Shown one piece after another: positions 50,444-59,757 of a stretch of DNA of 64,000 bases. Both the position numbers and the translations under genes were made by a program. Within the stretch, counting starts at the first letter, position 1, and each line of letters starts with the position of its first letter. Source of the stretch: Dehalococcoidia bacterium (GTDB taxonomy: Bacteria; Chloroflexota; Dehalococcoidia; SZUA-161; SpSt-899). The notes beneath the pieces were generated by a model, which was not told where the DNA came from, searched no databases, and saw only the letters and a program-made list of their open reading frames with translations. Location: assembly GCA_041300025.1 (NCBI GenBank), contig JBGLNL010000001.1:1211576-1275575 (forward strand). The letters run 5' to 3'.

Positions 50444-50908
50444 TCAGGAAGAGGCAAACATATTCTGGGTGATCTTCAGGCTGGGGCTGTCGGCCCGGCT
50501 CCAGAATTCCTCGAATATGCGATCGTATCCGGTTGACTTGATCTTCCACTCACCATTGATTTTGGCATATTCGTCATGATAGAAGGCTGCCCCTCTCATG
50601 GACCAGTTCCCTTGCGTATCTATCAGGTAATCTTCCAGCGCCCATGTCCCTTTGGCGGTGGTGTTGCCGGTGATTTCAATTTCAGGATGATGTCCCTGAT
50701 GCATGCTCAATCGAGTGTATGGCAGGCCCTCTTTGAAGAACTCTATAATGGCATCCCTTCCGTTATAACTGTGCGCCCCGCCGGAAAAGCTGCTTCTGGC
50801 ATCCTCGGCGAAGCATTGCCCAAGTTCATCCCATTTTTTGGAATCGAGACAGCGAAAGTATTTGTATTTCAGCCGTCTGATAGCTTCAATTTCCTCGAGT
50901 TTGTTCAT
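50444..50908 (-). CDS. SnoaL-like / NTF2-like domain protein
   Basis: 154 aa, alpha+beta cone-type fold sequence. Confidence 0.6.
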   Translation of the reverse strand: MNKLEEIEAIRRLKYKYFRCLDSKKWDELGQCFAEDARSSFSGGAHSYNGRDAIIEFFKEGLPYTRLSMHQGHHPEIEITGNTTAKGTWALEDYLIDTQGNWSMRGAAFYHDEYAKINGEWKIKSTGYDRIFEEFWSRADSPSLKITQNMFASS

Positions 50909-51021
50909 AATAAATGTCTCCTCGTTTCAAGAATGCTTCGGGTGTGGTTTTCCCAAAAGATCAATTGTCATGTATTATATGAATCGGATGATTCAATGTC
51001 AATCGGCTTAAGGGGGATGAA

Positions 51022-51789
51022 ATGGATTCATTATTCTCGCTGGAAGGTAAAGTAGCCATTGTAACCGGGGCCAGCCGGTCTACCGGCGGCGGAATTGCTC
51101 TGGAGATGGCCCGGGCCGGAGCTGATGTAGCGCTGGCGGCGCGGACAGCCGAAGGGGTGGAAGCCTATGCCGGGAAAATCCGCGATCTGGGCCGGAAGGC
51201 CATCGCCGTGCCAACTGATGTCAAGAATACCGAACAAATCGAATCTATGGTAAAGCGTACGATCGATGAGTTCGGGCGGGTGGATATCCTGGTTAATGTG
51301 GTTGGCGCCTCTTTTCCGAGAGCCAGCCTTGAGATGAGTGAGCGTGCCTGGGATTCCATGATGAATACCAATCTGAAATCGACGTTTCTTTGCTCCAAGG
51401 CGGTGGCAAAGACCATGATCGATCATGGTGGCGGGGCCATCGTTAATATTGCTTCCGGAGAGGCGTTCCGGGCGCAGGTAAGCAATGCTGCCTATGCTGC
51501 CGCCAAGGCCGGAGTGGTCAATCTCACCATGAGCCTGGCGGTTGAGTGGGCTCCGTATAATATCCGGGTGAATGCCGTGGCCCCGGGTTTCATTGACAAT
51601 CCTGAGTTCGAGATGGGACTCGAAATGGTGCCTCAGATCAAGGCCATTTTCAAAAGGGTCCCCCTCAAGCGGGCCGGAACTCCCAGAGAATATGCCGGGG
51701 CGGTGATTTTCCTTGCTTCGGAAGCCGGAGGATATGCCACGGGGACGACGGTCATTGTCGATGGCGGACTCACCTGCTCGATGTGGTAA
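51022..51789 (+). CDS. SDR-family oxidoreductase
   Basis: GKVAIVTGASRSTGGGIA cofactor motif. YAAAK catalytic motif. Confidence 0.9.
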   Translation: MDSLFSLEGKVAIVTGASRSTGGGIALEMARAGADVALAARTAEGVEAYAGKIRDLGRKAIAVPTDVKNTEQIESMVKRTIDEFGRVDILVNVVGASFPRASLEMSERAWDSMMNTNLKSTFLCSKAVAKTMIDHGGGAIVNIASGEAFRAQVSNAAYAAAKAGVVNLTMSLAVEWAPYNIRVNAVAPGFIDNPEFEMGLEMVPQIKAIFKRVPLKRAGTPREYAGAVIFLASEAGGYATGTTVIVDGGLTCSMW

Positions 51790-53001
51790 ATGCGCAAGCG
51801 ACGCTCTAAACTGAAGGAGCAATTCGACGGCCCCCCGGAATACCTCGATTTGAAACTAGATGCGATGGGTTGGCTGGGTGACACCCTCGCCGATCACGAT
51901 GGTGAGCGGGTTTTTGTTTCCGGAGGCATCCCCGGCGAAGAGGTGCGGGTTGAGGTCGTGCGGCGCGATCGCGGCAGAATTGCCGCACGCGTTGTCGAAG
52001 TCAAAATCCCCTCTCCCTATCGAGTGAATCCCGTTTGCCCTTATTTCGGGGACTGCACCGGATGCCAGTGGCAGCATATCCTCTATGAGCATCAGCTTGA
52101 GATTAAACGCGGGATAGTTGGCGAGGCGCTGGAAATGATCGGCGATATGCCTGATGCGCCGGTTTTACCCGTGGTGCCTTCCCCCGAAGAATTTGGCTAC
52201 CGCAATCATGCCCGCTTCACCGCCAGGCGAGATGGCTCGCTTGGATTTGTGAATCGGGATACCCGGCGATTTTTACGCATCGATGAATGCCTGCTGATGC
52301 ACCCCGGCATCAACCGGATTTTGTCCGGATTGCAGGGCCACTGCGGCGAGACCACTCAGCTTTCTGTTCGATATGGCGTGAATACCGGCGAATGGCTTAT
52401 CCAGCCGGCTATGAAGTCTGAAGAAATACCGGTCAAGTCCGGCCAGAAGTATTATGAGGAAGCCCTGCTGGACCGGCGGTTCAGGGTGGCTTCCCCCTCT
52501 TTTTTTCAGGTCAATACCCGGCAGGCGGAAAAGATGGCCCAACTGGTGCAGGAGCGCCTGAGCTTAACCGGAGAGGAATTTCTGGTGGATGCTTACGCCG
52601 GTGTGGGGACCTTTGCGGTTTTGCTGGCTCCGTTTGCGGGGAAGGTTATTGCCATTGAAGAATCTTCGGCTGCAAATGCGGATGCCCGCATCAATCTTCA
52701 GGGTTTGCCCAACGTGGAACTGATGGAAGCTAAAACCGAGGCTGTGCTGGGTTCACTTGCGCAGACGCCCGATGCCCTTATTCTCGATCCGTCCCGTTCA
52801 GGATGCCATCCGGATGCGATTGCAGCACTTATCGCCCGGCCGCCGAGGCGTATTGTTTATGTTTCCTGCGATCCCCGGGCGCTGGCCCGCGACCTGAAGA
52901 TGCTCATCGAGGGGCCTTTCACCGTTGAAGAGATCCTGCCGGTTGATCTTTTTCCCCAGACTCACCATATTGAGTGTCTGGCCACGCTTTCCTGTGGTTG
53001 A
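51790..53001 (+). CDS. rlmD: 23S rRNA (uracil-5)-methyltransferase RumA/TrmA family with TRAM domain and Fe-S cluster
   Basis: CPYFGDCTGCQWQH cysteine cluster. SAM motif DAYAGVGTF. Start overlaps the SDR stop (TAAATG). Confidence 0.85.
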   Translation: MRKRRSKLKEQFDGPPEYLDLKLDAMGWLGDTLADHDGERVFVSGGIPGEEVRVEVVRRDRGRIAARVVEVKIPSPYRVNPVCPYFGDCTGCQWQHILYEHQLEIKRGIVGEALEMIGDMPDAPVLPVVPSPEEFGYRNHARFTARRDGSLGFVNRDTRRFLRIDECLLMHPGINRILSGLQGHCGETTQLSVRYGVNTGEWLIQPAMKSEEIPVKSGQKYYEEALLDRRFRVASPSFFQVNTRQAEKMAQLVQERLSLTGEEFLVDAYAGVGTFAVLLAPFAGKVIAIEESSAANADARINLQGLPNVELMEAKTEAVLGSLAQTPDALILDPSRSGCHPDAIAALIARPPRRIVYVSCDPRALARDLKMLIEGPFTVEEILPVDLFPQTHHIECLATLSCG

Positions 53002-53010
53002 GTAAATTTA

Positions 53011-53140
53011 TAGGGAACCTATTCAGCCCCCTTGTGTCCCCCAGCTTCAAATCCCCTCTCTTTCCCCCTTTGTGAAAGGGGACGAAAAGGGAGTTTGGGA
53101 ATACAAGGGGGTTGAAAAAGACTTATTGGACAGCCTGTTT
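53011..53140. repeat. GC-rich hairpin repeat element, variant copy E, with GGGGGTTGAAAAAGA...GACAGCCTG module
   Basis: GGAACCTATTCAGCCCCCTTGTGTCCCCCAG; TTTCCCCCTTTGTGAAAGGGGA. Confidence 0.6.
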
Positions 53141-53165
53141 CAATGCTTTCAAAAACGGCTACTTT

Positions 53166-54872
53166 CTACTGATCGGAGATGGAAGCGACGTTGCGCAGCA
53201 CCTCGTAGGGGGTGGTAACGCCCTGCTTTACTTTCAGCATGGCGTTATGCCACATAGGAACCATTCCGTCCTTTATTGCCTGAGCCCGTATTTCACTCGA
53301 ATTGGCATTATTGAGTATCAGCCGTCGCAAATCCTCAGTAACTGTCATGAGTTCATGCACGCCGGTACGGCCACGGTAGCCGGTGTTGGAACAGATGCTG
53401 CATCCTCTGCCGTAGAAAAACTCCTGACGCTTTTCCTTCATCTCCTGCTCGTATATCAGCCGTTCTGCCGGCGGGGCAGGCATTGACTTCTTGCAATGCG
53501 TACAGACTCGCCTTACCATCCGTTGCGCCACTACTCCTAAAAGAGAGGAGGCTATGAGGAATGATTCCACGCCCAGATCCATAAGCCGGTATATCACACC
53601 GACGGAATCGTTTGCGTGAATGGAAGAGAGCACAAGGTGCCCGGTAAGAGCGGCCTGAATAGCAATTCCGGCGGTTTCACCATCACGTATCTCACCAACC
53701 AGAATGACATCCGGGTCAAGCCGCATCAGTGCCCGCAATCCGCTGGCAAATGTCATACCGGCCTGATTATTAGTTTGAATCTGGCTTATATCATTAAAGT
53801 GATATTCTACCGGATCCTCAATTGTCATGATATTGCGCTCATACCGGTTGAGCTGCCCCAGTGCAGAATACAGAGTAGTAGTTTTACCGGATCCAGTGGG
53901 CCCGGAGAGCAGTATCATACCATACGGAGCATTTATAATCTTATTGAATCTCTCAAGGTCATGGGCCATAAATCCGAGTTCGGTCAGATTCAGCAATGCC
54001 ACTGATTTATCCAGCAACCGCAGCACCATTTTCTCACCGTGGACCGTATCTGTAGTGGCGGCGCGGATATCTATCTCTCTGCCCTCCCCGATATTTACGG
54101 AAAACTGCCCGTCCTGTGGCCTGCGCCGGTCGGCGATATTCATTCCTGCCATGATCTTCATTCTGGAAATCAGAGGCGGGTGAACATCCAGCGGCAGCGA
54201 CATCACATCATGCAGGATGCCGTCTATGCGATATCGAATGCGCAATCTATCTTCCTGTGGTTCAATATGTATATCGGATGCCTTGTCGTTGGCTGCCTGG
54301 GCCACGAGCATGTCTACGGTACGGGCGATGGGACTATCGGCAGCGAGATCCTGATTTGATTGCACCTTCATTTTTTTCGCCTCGGCCTCGAGGGCCATGG
54401 CGATATGTCCAACTTCCTTCTCTATAGCACCCTCACCCGTCTTGTAGTTTAGATTTATATAAGCTTTGATCTCGCCAGGATCGGCCTGCACCGGATTGAT
54501 GGGCATTCCCACCTTAGCTTTGATATCTTCAAGCAACTCTTCCTCGGTCGGGTCTGCCATAGCTAGCACCAGTTCATCATTAACTATCGCTATGGGCATG
54601 ATATTCGCTTCCCTGGCCTTCTCGGCTGAGATGAGATTCAATGCGCGCTGCTCCACTTTGTATTCGCCCAGTGAAACAAAGGATGTCTCCTGCTGCATAC
54701 TGGTAATGAGCCCCAGTTCATCCGCGGTTATCAAGCCTTCCTCAGAAAGGAGTTGCTCGATATTCTTATGGCTCTCCTCTCGCTTTGACAGAAGTTCCTC
54801 ATACTTCTCGGCAGTTACTATCTCAGCTTCCTGTAATAGCTTGCCAAGTTCTCTTTCACCAATTTTGGCCAT
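53166..54872 (-). CDS. pilB: GspE/PilB-family type II secretion / type IV pilus assembly ATPase
   Basis: T2SSE N-terminal domain. Walker A GPTGSGKTT. Tetracysteine motif CxxC...CxxC. 568 aa. Confidence 0.9.
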   Translation of the reverse strand: MAKIGERELGKLLQEAEIVTAEKYEELLSKREESHKNIEQLLSEEGLITADELGLITSMQQETSFVSLGEYKVEQRALNLISAEKAREANIMPIAIVNDELVLAMADPTEEELLEDIKAKVGMPINPVQADPGEIKAYINLNYKTGEGAIEKEVGHIAMALEAEAKKMKVQSNQDLAADSPIARTVDMLVAQAANDKASDIHIEPQEDRLRIRYRIDGILHDVMSLPLDVHPPLISRMKIMAGMNIADRRRPQDGQFSVNIGEGREIDIRAATTDTVHGEKMVLRLLDKSVALLNLTELGFMAHDLERFNKIINAPYGMILLSGPTGSGKTTTLYSALGQLNRYERNIMTIEDPVEYHFNDISQIQTNNQAGMTFASGLRALMRLDPDVILVGEIRDGETAGIAIQAALTGHLVLSSIHANDSVGVIYRLMDLGVESFLIASSLLGVVAQRMVRRVCTHCKKSMPAPPAERLIYEQEMKEKRQEFFYGRGCSICSNTGYRGRTGVHELMTVTEDLRRLILNNANSSEIRAQAIKDGMVPMWHNAMLKVKQGVTTPYEVLRNVASISDQ

Positions 54873-55138
54873 TGCGACTATCCTTCTATCTTTAATCCTT
54901 CAGGTTATTGGGGATATCCCATCGACCCGTTTGGAGCCACCTTTCCGATGATTCCTCTATTTCTTTTTACCCTTTTTCTTGCTCCCTGAATCTATAATCT
55001 CATCGAGGTCATCAGCTTTCGTCTTCTTCACGGGGGCTTTCGGCGCGCGAGGTATATTGCCCTGCATATCATCTATTTCGGAATCCATTAGAACATCAGG
55101 TATATTTAGTGGAAAAAGAACCTTCCATCGGTGGGGTC

Positions 55139-57022
55139 ATGGCTCAACTGGATAAGACCTTCCCCACGATGGATTGCGCTATCTGAATACTCGGCCCCAA
55201 AATGATGGATGCCGGTCGGCATCCCAGGATTAAACTGCTGACCTTGAGCGAGGTCGAAGAGGTCAACGGTTATGTTGGCAACTTCAAAGTAAAAGTGCGC
55301 AAAAAGGCAAGATACGTCAATGAGAAAGAATGCACTGCCTGTAACGATTGCGCTGAAGTTTGCCCGGTAACCTGTCCGGATGAATATCAGGCTGGACTCG
55401 GCACCAGAAAGGCTATTTATATCCCCTTCGCTCAGGCGGTGCCATCGGCTTATGTGATAAACCCGGAAAATTGTCTGGGAAGTAATCCGATTGCCTGCGG
55501 TAAATGTGCCGAAGCCTGCGAGAAAAAATGCATCGATTTCGATATGCAGGATGAGATAATCGAGCTCGATGTTGGAACCATCATCGTGGCTACCGGTATG
55601 GATGTGTATGATCCCACGGAGATGGATGAATACGGTTATACCCGGTTTGATAATGTGGTCACCAGCCTGGAATTTGAGCGTCTGATCTGTGCTGATGGCC
55701 CGGCGGAAGGCCACCTCGTGCGGCCCGGCGATCGCAAAACGCCCCGGCGCATCGGATTTATCCAGTGTGTCGGGTCTCGAATGGAGAATCGGGGGAATCC
55801 CTACTGCTCCAATATTTGCTGCATGAATACAGTGAAGGATAGCCTGCTCCTCAAGGAGCACTATCCCGATACCGAAATATTCGTGTTCTATATAGATATG
55901 CGGGCCTTCGGCAAGGGATTCGAAGCTATGCTGAAACGCAGCCACGAGGTTGGAGTGAATTATATCCGCGGCCTGCCCGGCAGTGTCATGGAAGACCCAA
56001 AAACCGGCAACCTGATCGTGGATGTGGAGAACACCACCGCCGGAAGGCTGGAGCAATATAATCTCGATCTGCTGATTCTCGCTGTAGGACTGGTGCCGCG
56101 CGCCGAAGGGGAGCATCTTCGCCAGATATTGAACCTTTCCAAGACAAGCGACGGATTCCTGATGGAAGCCCATCCCAAATTAAGGCCTGTCGATGCCCCT
56201 ACTCCGGGGGTTTTTCTCGCCGGGTGCGTGGAATCGCCCAAGGATGTTAAGGACAGCGTTACTCAGGCCAGTGCGGCCGCTTCCCGGGCTTCCGTTATTC
56301 TCAATTCCGATAAACTTACCGTAGAAGCCATCACCGCAGTGGTCGATAAGGAAAAATGCACCGCCTGCGGAGTCTGTGCCCGCGTGTGCCCTTACGGAGC
56401 CATCAAATTTGATAAGGAAGCAAAAGCCCCGGCGGAAGTGATCGAGGCCATGTGCGCCGGTTGCGGCGTCTGTGCCGCCGAGTGCCAGTTCGATGCTATC
56501 AGCATCCGTCATTTCAGTGATGAAGCCCTGATGGCGCAAACTGAATCCGCGGTGGCGGAAAGAGCCGACGAAAGAATAGTTGTCTTTGCCTGCAACTGGT
56601 GTTCCTATGCCGGTGGAGACGGGGCAGGCACATCACGCCTGCAATATCCGCCCAATTCCCGCATCATCCGGACCATGTGCAGCGGGCGAGTTGATGAGAA
56701 GTTCATTCTGCGGGCATTCGAACTGGGAGCAGCGATGGTGCTGGTTTCCGGCTGCCATTTTTCTGATTGCCACTACATCGATGCCAATCGGTGGGCCCAG
56801 CGCCGGGTGGATAAATTATGGAACAAGATGGAGAAGCTGGGAATACGTCCGGAGCGGTTGCAACTGGAATGGATCAGCGCGGCCGAAGGGCAGAAGTTTG
56901 CCAGTGTGATGCGCGAGATCGAAGGCATGCGCCGGAAAGTCACTGCTGAAGAGATTGAACATACGAAAAAAGTGCTCAAAGAGGATCGGGAGAAGAGGGC
57001 TAAAAAGGAAAAGAAAAAGTAG
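55139..57022 (+). CDS. hdrA: HdrA-like heterodisulfide reductase subunit fused to an MvhD domain. Probable selenoprotein (in-frame TGA at 55184). The N-terminal FAD-binding region is missing.
   Basis: The frame through the TGA reads [48 protein letters not shown], matching the HdrA consensus with Sec at the Cys position. A GGATGCC-GGTC-GGCATCC hairpin lies 21 nt after the TGA. The C-terminal [14 protein letters not shown] region is MvhD-like. The conventional ORF is 55202..57022. Confidence 0.6.
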
Positions 57023-57026
57023 CTGG

Positions 57027-57350
57027 GGAACCTCTGATTAAGTAGTGCAGGAAGCATCCTGCCGGGGGTCTGGGGGTATCCCCCAGTTTCGATCTCAGGC
57101 TGTCCGAAAATTTAGAAAAAGTGTCATTCTGAGGAATTTATGATGAAGAATCTCCGAGGCTCAGTTTTATAAAGAGATTCTTCATCCGCCCGAGGCGGAT
57201 TCAGAATGACATACCCGGGAGTTTTCAGACAACCTGAGACAAGAGGGCTGAAAAAGAGTTTCGGACAGACTGTCCGGTGAGCTTGGGAGATGGATTCCGG
57301 CTCGGAGGCCGGAATGACATATCATATTGAGTTGTCGGAGTAATAATATA
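57027..57350 (+). repeat. GC-rich hairpin repeat element, copy F, plus adjacent large inverted repeats
   Basis: GGAACCTCTGATTAAGTAGTGCAGGAAGCATCCTGCCGGGGGTCTGGGGGTATCCCCCAG. GTCATTCTGAGGAAT...ATTCCTCAGAATGAC and GAAGAATCTC...GAGATTCTTC inverted repeats. Confidence 0.65.
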
Positions 57351-57408
57351 GAGTCAGGAGTCAGAATACCCTTGACATTTCACTGATAACTGACAACCCG
57401 GAGAAAAC

Positions 57409-57543
57409 ATGCCAGAACAGGATAATTTCAAATGTCTTCGCTGCGGGTACGAGTATTCCCTCCCCAGGCCGGAGAAAAACAAGCTTGAGGAGCGGACATG
57501 TCCCAAGTGCCGCAGCAACAGCGTTCGAAAGATGGGGGAGTAA
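57409..57543 (+). CDS. 44-aa zinc-ribbon protein
   Basis: MPEQDNFKCLRCGYEY...CPKCRSNS: two CxxC pairs. Embedded between repeat elements. Confidence 0.4.
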   Translation: MPEQDNFKCLRCGYEYSLPRPEKNKLEERTCPKCRSNSVRKMGE

Positions 57544-57545
57544 TA

Positions 57546-57830
57546 CTTCAGGCTGTCTGAAAAGAGGTGCAGGATTCTTCCTGCCGGGGGTTTTGGGGGT
57601 GTCCCCCAATATAACCTTCCCCCATGATTGGGGGATTGAGGGGGTTGAAAAAGAGTTTTTAGACAGCCTGATTGAGGTGAGGGTGAATATCTCATTTGGT
57701 CGCTCTCATTCACTATGCTGGCAACCATGCTTCGCATTTCCCCCTCACTCTAACTCTCTCCCCCGAGGGGAGAGAGGACTTCATTTCCCCCTTTGGCAAA
57801 GGGGGAAATGATCAAAGGTTCCTTAACTAA
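57546..57830 (+). repeat. GC-rich hairpin repeat element, composite copy G, with additional perfect palindromes
   Basis: CAGGATTCTTCCTGCCGGGGGTTTTGGGGGTGTCCCCCAAT...GGGGGTTGAAAAAGAGTTTTTAGACAGCCTG. CTCTCTCCCCCGAGGGGAGAGAG. TTTCCCCCTTTGGCAAAGGGGGAAA. Confidence 0.7.
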
Positions 57831-57861
57831 TGGTTAGCCCCCAAATAACAATAAATATAAT

Positions 57862-57890
57862 TTGACAATCGATTCATTTGTGGGTATATT
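57862..57890 (+). promoter_or_regulatory. sigma70-type promoter for mazE (TTGACA-17-TATATT)
   Basis: -35 TTGACA and -10 TATATT, ~20 nt upstream of the GGAGA RBS and ATG at 57910. Confidence 0.55.
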
Positions 57891-57909
57891 GTAATTACAT
57901 GAACCACAA

Positions 57910-58176
57910 TTGGAGACGAAAATGACGACTTTAATCAGAATAGGAAATTCGCAGGGTGTCCGTATTCCAAAGGCGATAATCGAGCAAGCACGATTAGAAG
58001 ACAAGCAATTGGAATTTAAAATAATCGACGACGGACTGTTAATTCAACCGGTTAAGAAGACCAGAGAAGGCTGGAAAGAACAATTTGATAAAGCCCTTAA
58101 ATCCCAGGATTCAAGCGAAGCAGATCAGGAGTGGTTGGACGCCTCATTGGTAGATGAAGAGGACTGGGAATGGTAA
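57910..58176 (+). CDS. mazE: MazE/PemI-type antitoxin (AbrB-fold)
   Basis: MTTLIRIGNSQGVRIPKAII. Confidence 0.8.
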   Translation: METKMTTLIRIGNSQGVRIPKAIIEQARLEDKQLEFKIIDDGLLIQPVKKTREGWKEQFDKALKSQDSSEADQEWLDASLVDEEDWEW

Positions 58177-58499
58177 AAAAAAATGTTCATAGATTTGATA
58201 TTTGGCTGGTTCAACTTGATCCGACACAAGGTTCTGAAATTAAGAAAACAAGGCCTTGTGTTGTTATCTCCCCTGATGAAATGTCTGCACTGAAGACCGC
58301 GATTGTTGCTCCAATGACATCCAAAGGATTTAGCTATCCAACCAGAATTCAATATACATTTCAGGGTAAAAAAGGATTGATCCTGCTTGACCAAATGAGA
58401 ACCGTTGACAAATCCAGGTTAATTCAAAAACTTGGTGTAATTTCTCAAAGCGCGCAGATTAAGACTATCAATTGTTTACAAGAGCTTTTCGCGTATTAA
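58170..58499 (+). CDS. mazF: MazF/PemK-type endoribonuclease toxin
   Basis: IWLVQLDPTQGSEIKKTRPCVVISPDEM. 7-nt overlap with the antitoxin. Confidence 0.85.
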   Translation: MVKKNVHRFDIWLVQLDPTQGSEIKKTRPCVVISPDEMSALKTAIVAPMTSKGFSYPTRIQYTFQGKKGLILLDQMRTVDKSRLIQKLGVISQSAQIKTINCLQELFAY

Positions 58500-58589
58500 G
58501 GGGCTAACCACGGCATTAAGGCGACGGCAAAAAGCCGTTGCCCCTTATTCTGGCGTGTTATCTGTCCTGGAAAAACTGAATGAAACCCT

Positions 58590-59138
58590 ATGGCCAATAC
58601 AGCAACCGAAGATCCTAAGAACTCGATCAAACTGTATGATGCTGGCGGTGGATACCTGGTCACCCTTGTACTTGGAATTCCTGTTGCTGGTTCTATAGCA
58701 GATGGAATCTGGAATTATGTTGTTCTCACCTTAACCCTTCATCCGCTGAAAAAATACTTCAGGATAGAAGAGCCTATCGAAACAAGCGTAGATTCTCAAT
58801 TGTGGTTTTTACGCCGACGATCAGAAATAACTACAGGTGACAGAATCTTCTATAGTTTTATTATTACTATCGCTGGTATATTGATCGACGCCGTGTATTT
58901 CTTTATGGTTTGGAACCCATTCAGTGAGGGAGAAAATGGATCATGGTGGGAAGCTAGAGTTGACATGGGCTTTCAAATTGCACTTATACTGGTACCAATA
59001 ATCTTACTTGGATTATCTAACTACTACTTGGCATCACGATTTCTCGAACTCAATCACAGGCATTCTCTCATCGTTGCATCGAGCATGGCGTTTTTTACTG
59101 CTCCGTGGTTATTACTCTTGGTACCGAGTTTGTCTTGA
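58590..59138 (+). CDS. hypothetical membrane protein
   Basis: 182 aa with 4-5 predicted TM helices. AT-rich context. Confidence 0.45.
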   Translation: MANTATEDPKNSIKLYDAGGGYLVTLVLGIPVAGSIADGIWNYVVLTLTLHPLKKYFRIEEPIETSVDSQLWFLRRRSEITTGDRIFYSFIITIAGILIDAVYFFMVWNPFSEGENGSWWEARVDMGFQIALILVPIILLGLSNYYLASRFLELNHRHSLIVASSMAFFTAPWLLLLVPSLS

Positions 59139-59414
59139 ATAAGAAGTGTACAGATAACGAGCTAATCAACCTGAATCCTCGCCGCTGGCAGATGCGGTGA
59201 TCTGCACAAAATCCGCCTTTTCCCCTATTTGATCAAATTACGGTTGACTTTTATGTTCTATACGATATATACTAAACCGTAGAATTACTCTATGTAGAAT
59301 GTCAATACTTATTTATTTATAGTATTCAAGGATCATAAGGCCAAGCTAAGTTAATACATAGTAAATAAAAACTTAACAGCCATAATTTGGCCAAATAAAA
59401 GGTGAGATTTGGGA

Positions 59415-59512
59415 GCGACAGGCTGCGCAGCCTAGCTAAGGAACCTCTGAATAAGTGGTGACTTCGGGGTTTGGGGGGTACAGGGGGTTGATCAGAGTTT
59501 CCCTAATTAATC
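59415..59512 (+). repeat. GC-rich hairpin repeat element, copy H
   Basis: AGGCTGCGCAGCCT palindrome. GGAACCTCTGAATAAGTGGTGACTTCGGGGTTTGGGGGGTACAGGGGGTTGATCAG. Confidence 0.7.
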
Positions 59513-59601
59513 TGGAGGAGGTGGACACTATTTAAGCAAACAGATTTTTTAATTTATCAATACCCCAATCTGGCACATCACGAATAATAAAATGGAGGAA
59601 T

Positions 59602-59757
59602 ATGTTGTCTATGAAGAGATCCATGCAAATTATCCCCTTAATTGTCATAATTGTGGTACTAATAATTGGAGCCAGTGCACCCGTGGCAGGTGCCACAGAA
59701 CCATCGAAAGGCGTAGCTAAGGAAAATGCGATTACGGCAGCAAAGCTCTTCACTTGA
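59602..59757 (+). CDS. 51-aa ORF with signal-peptide-like N-terminus (candidate small secreted peptide)
   Basis: GGAGG RBS. MKRSMQIIPLIVIIVVLIIGASAPVAGA followed by TEPSKGVAKENAITAAKLFT. It overlaps the 3' end of the minus-strand ORF. Confidence 0.2.
   Translation: MLSMKRSMQIIPLIVIIVVLIIGASAPVAGATEPSKGVAKENAITAAKLFT

Noticed and set aside
55106-56173. 355-aa minus-strand ORF
   Set aside because: Antisense of the hdrA-mvhD gene. Shadow ORF of GC-rich coding DNA.
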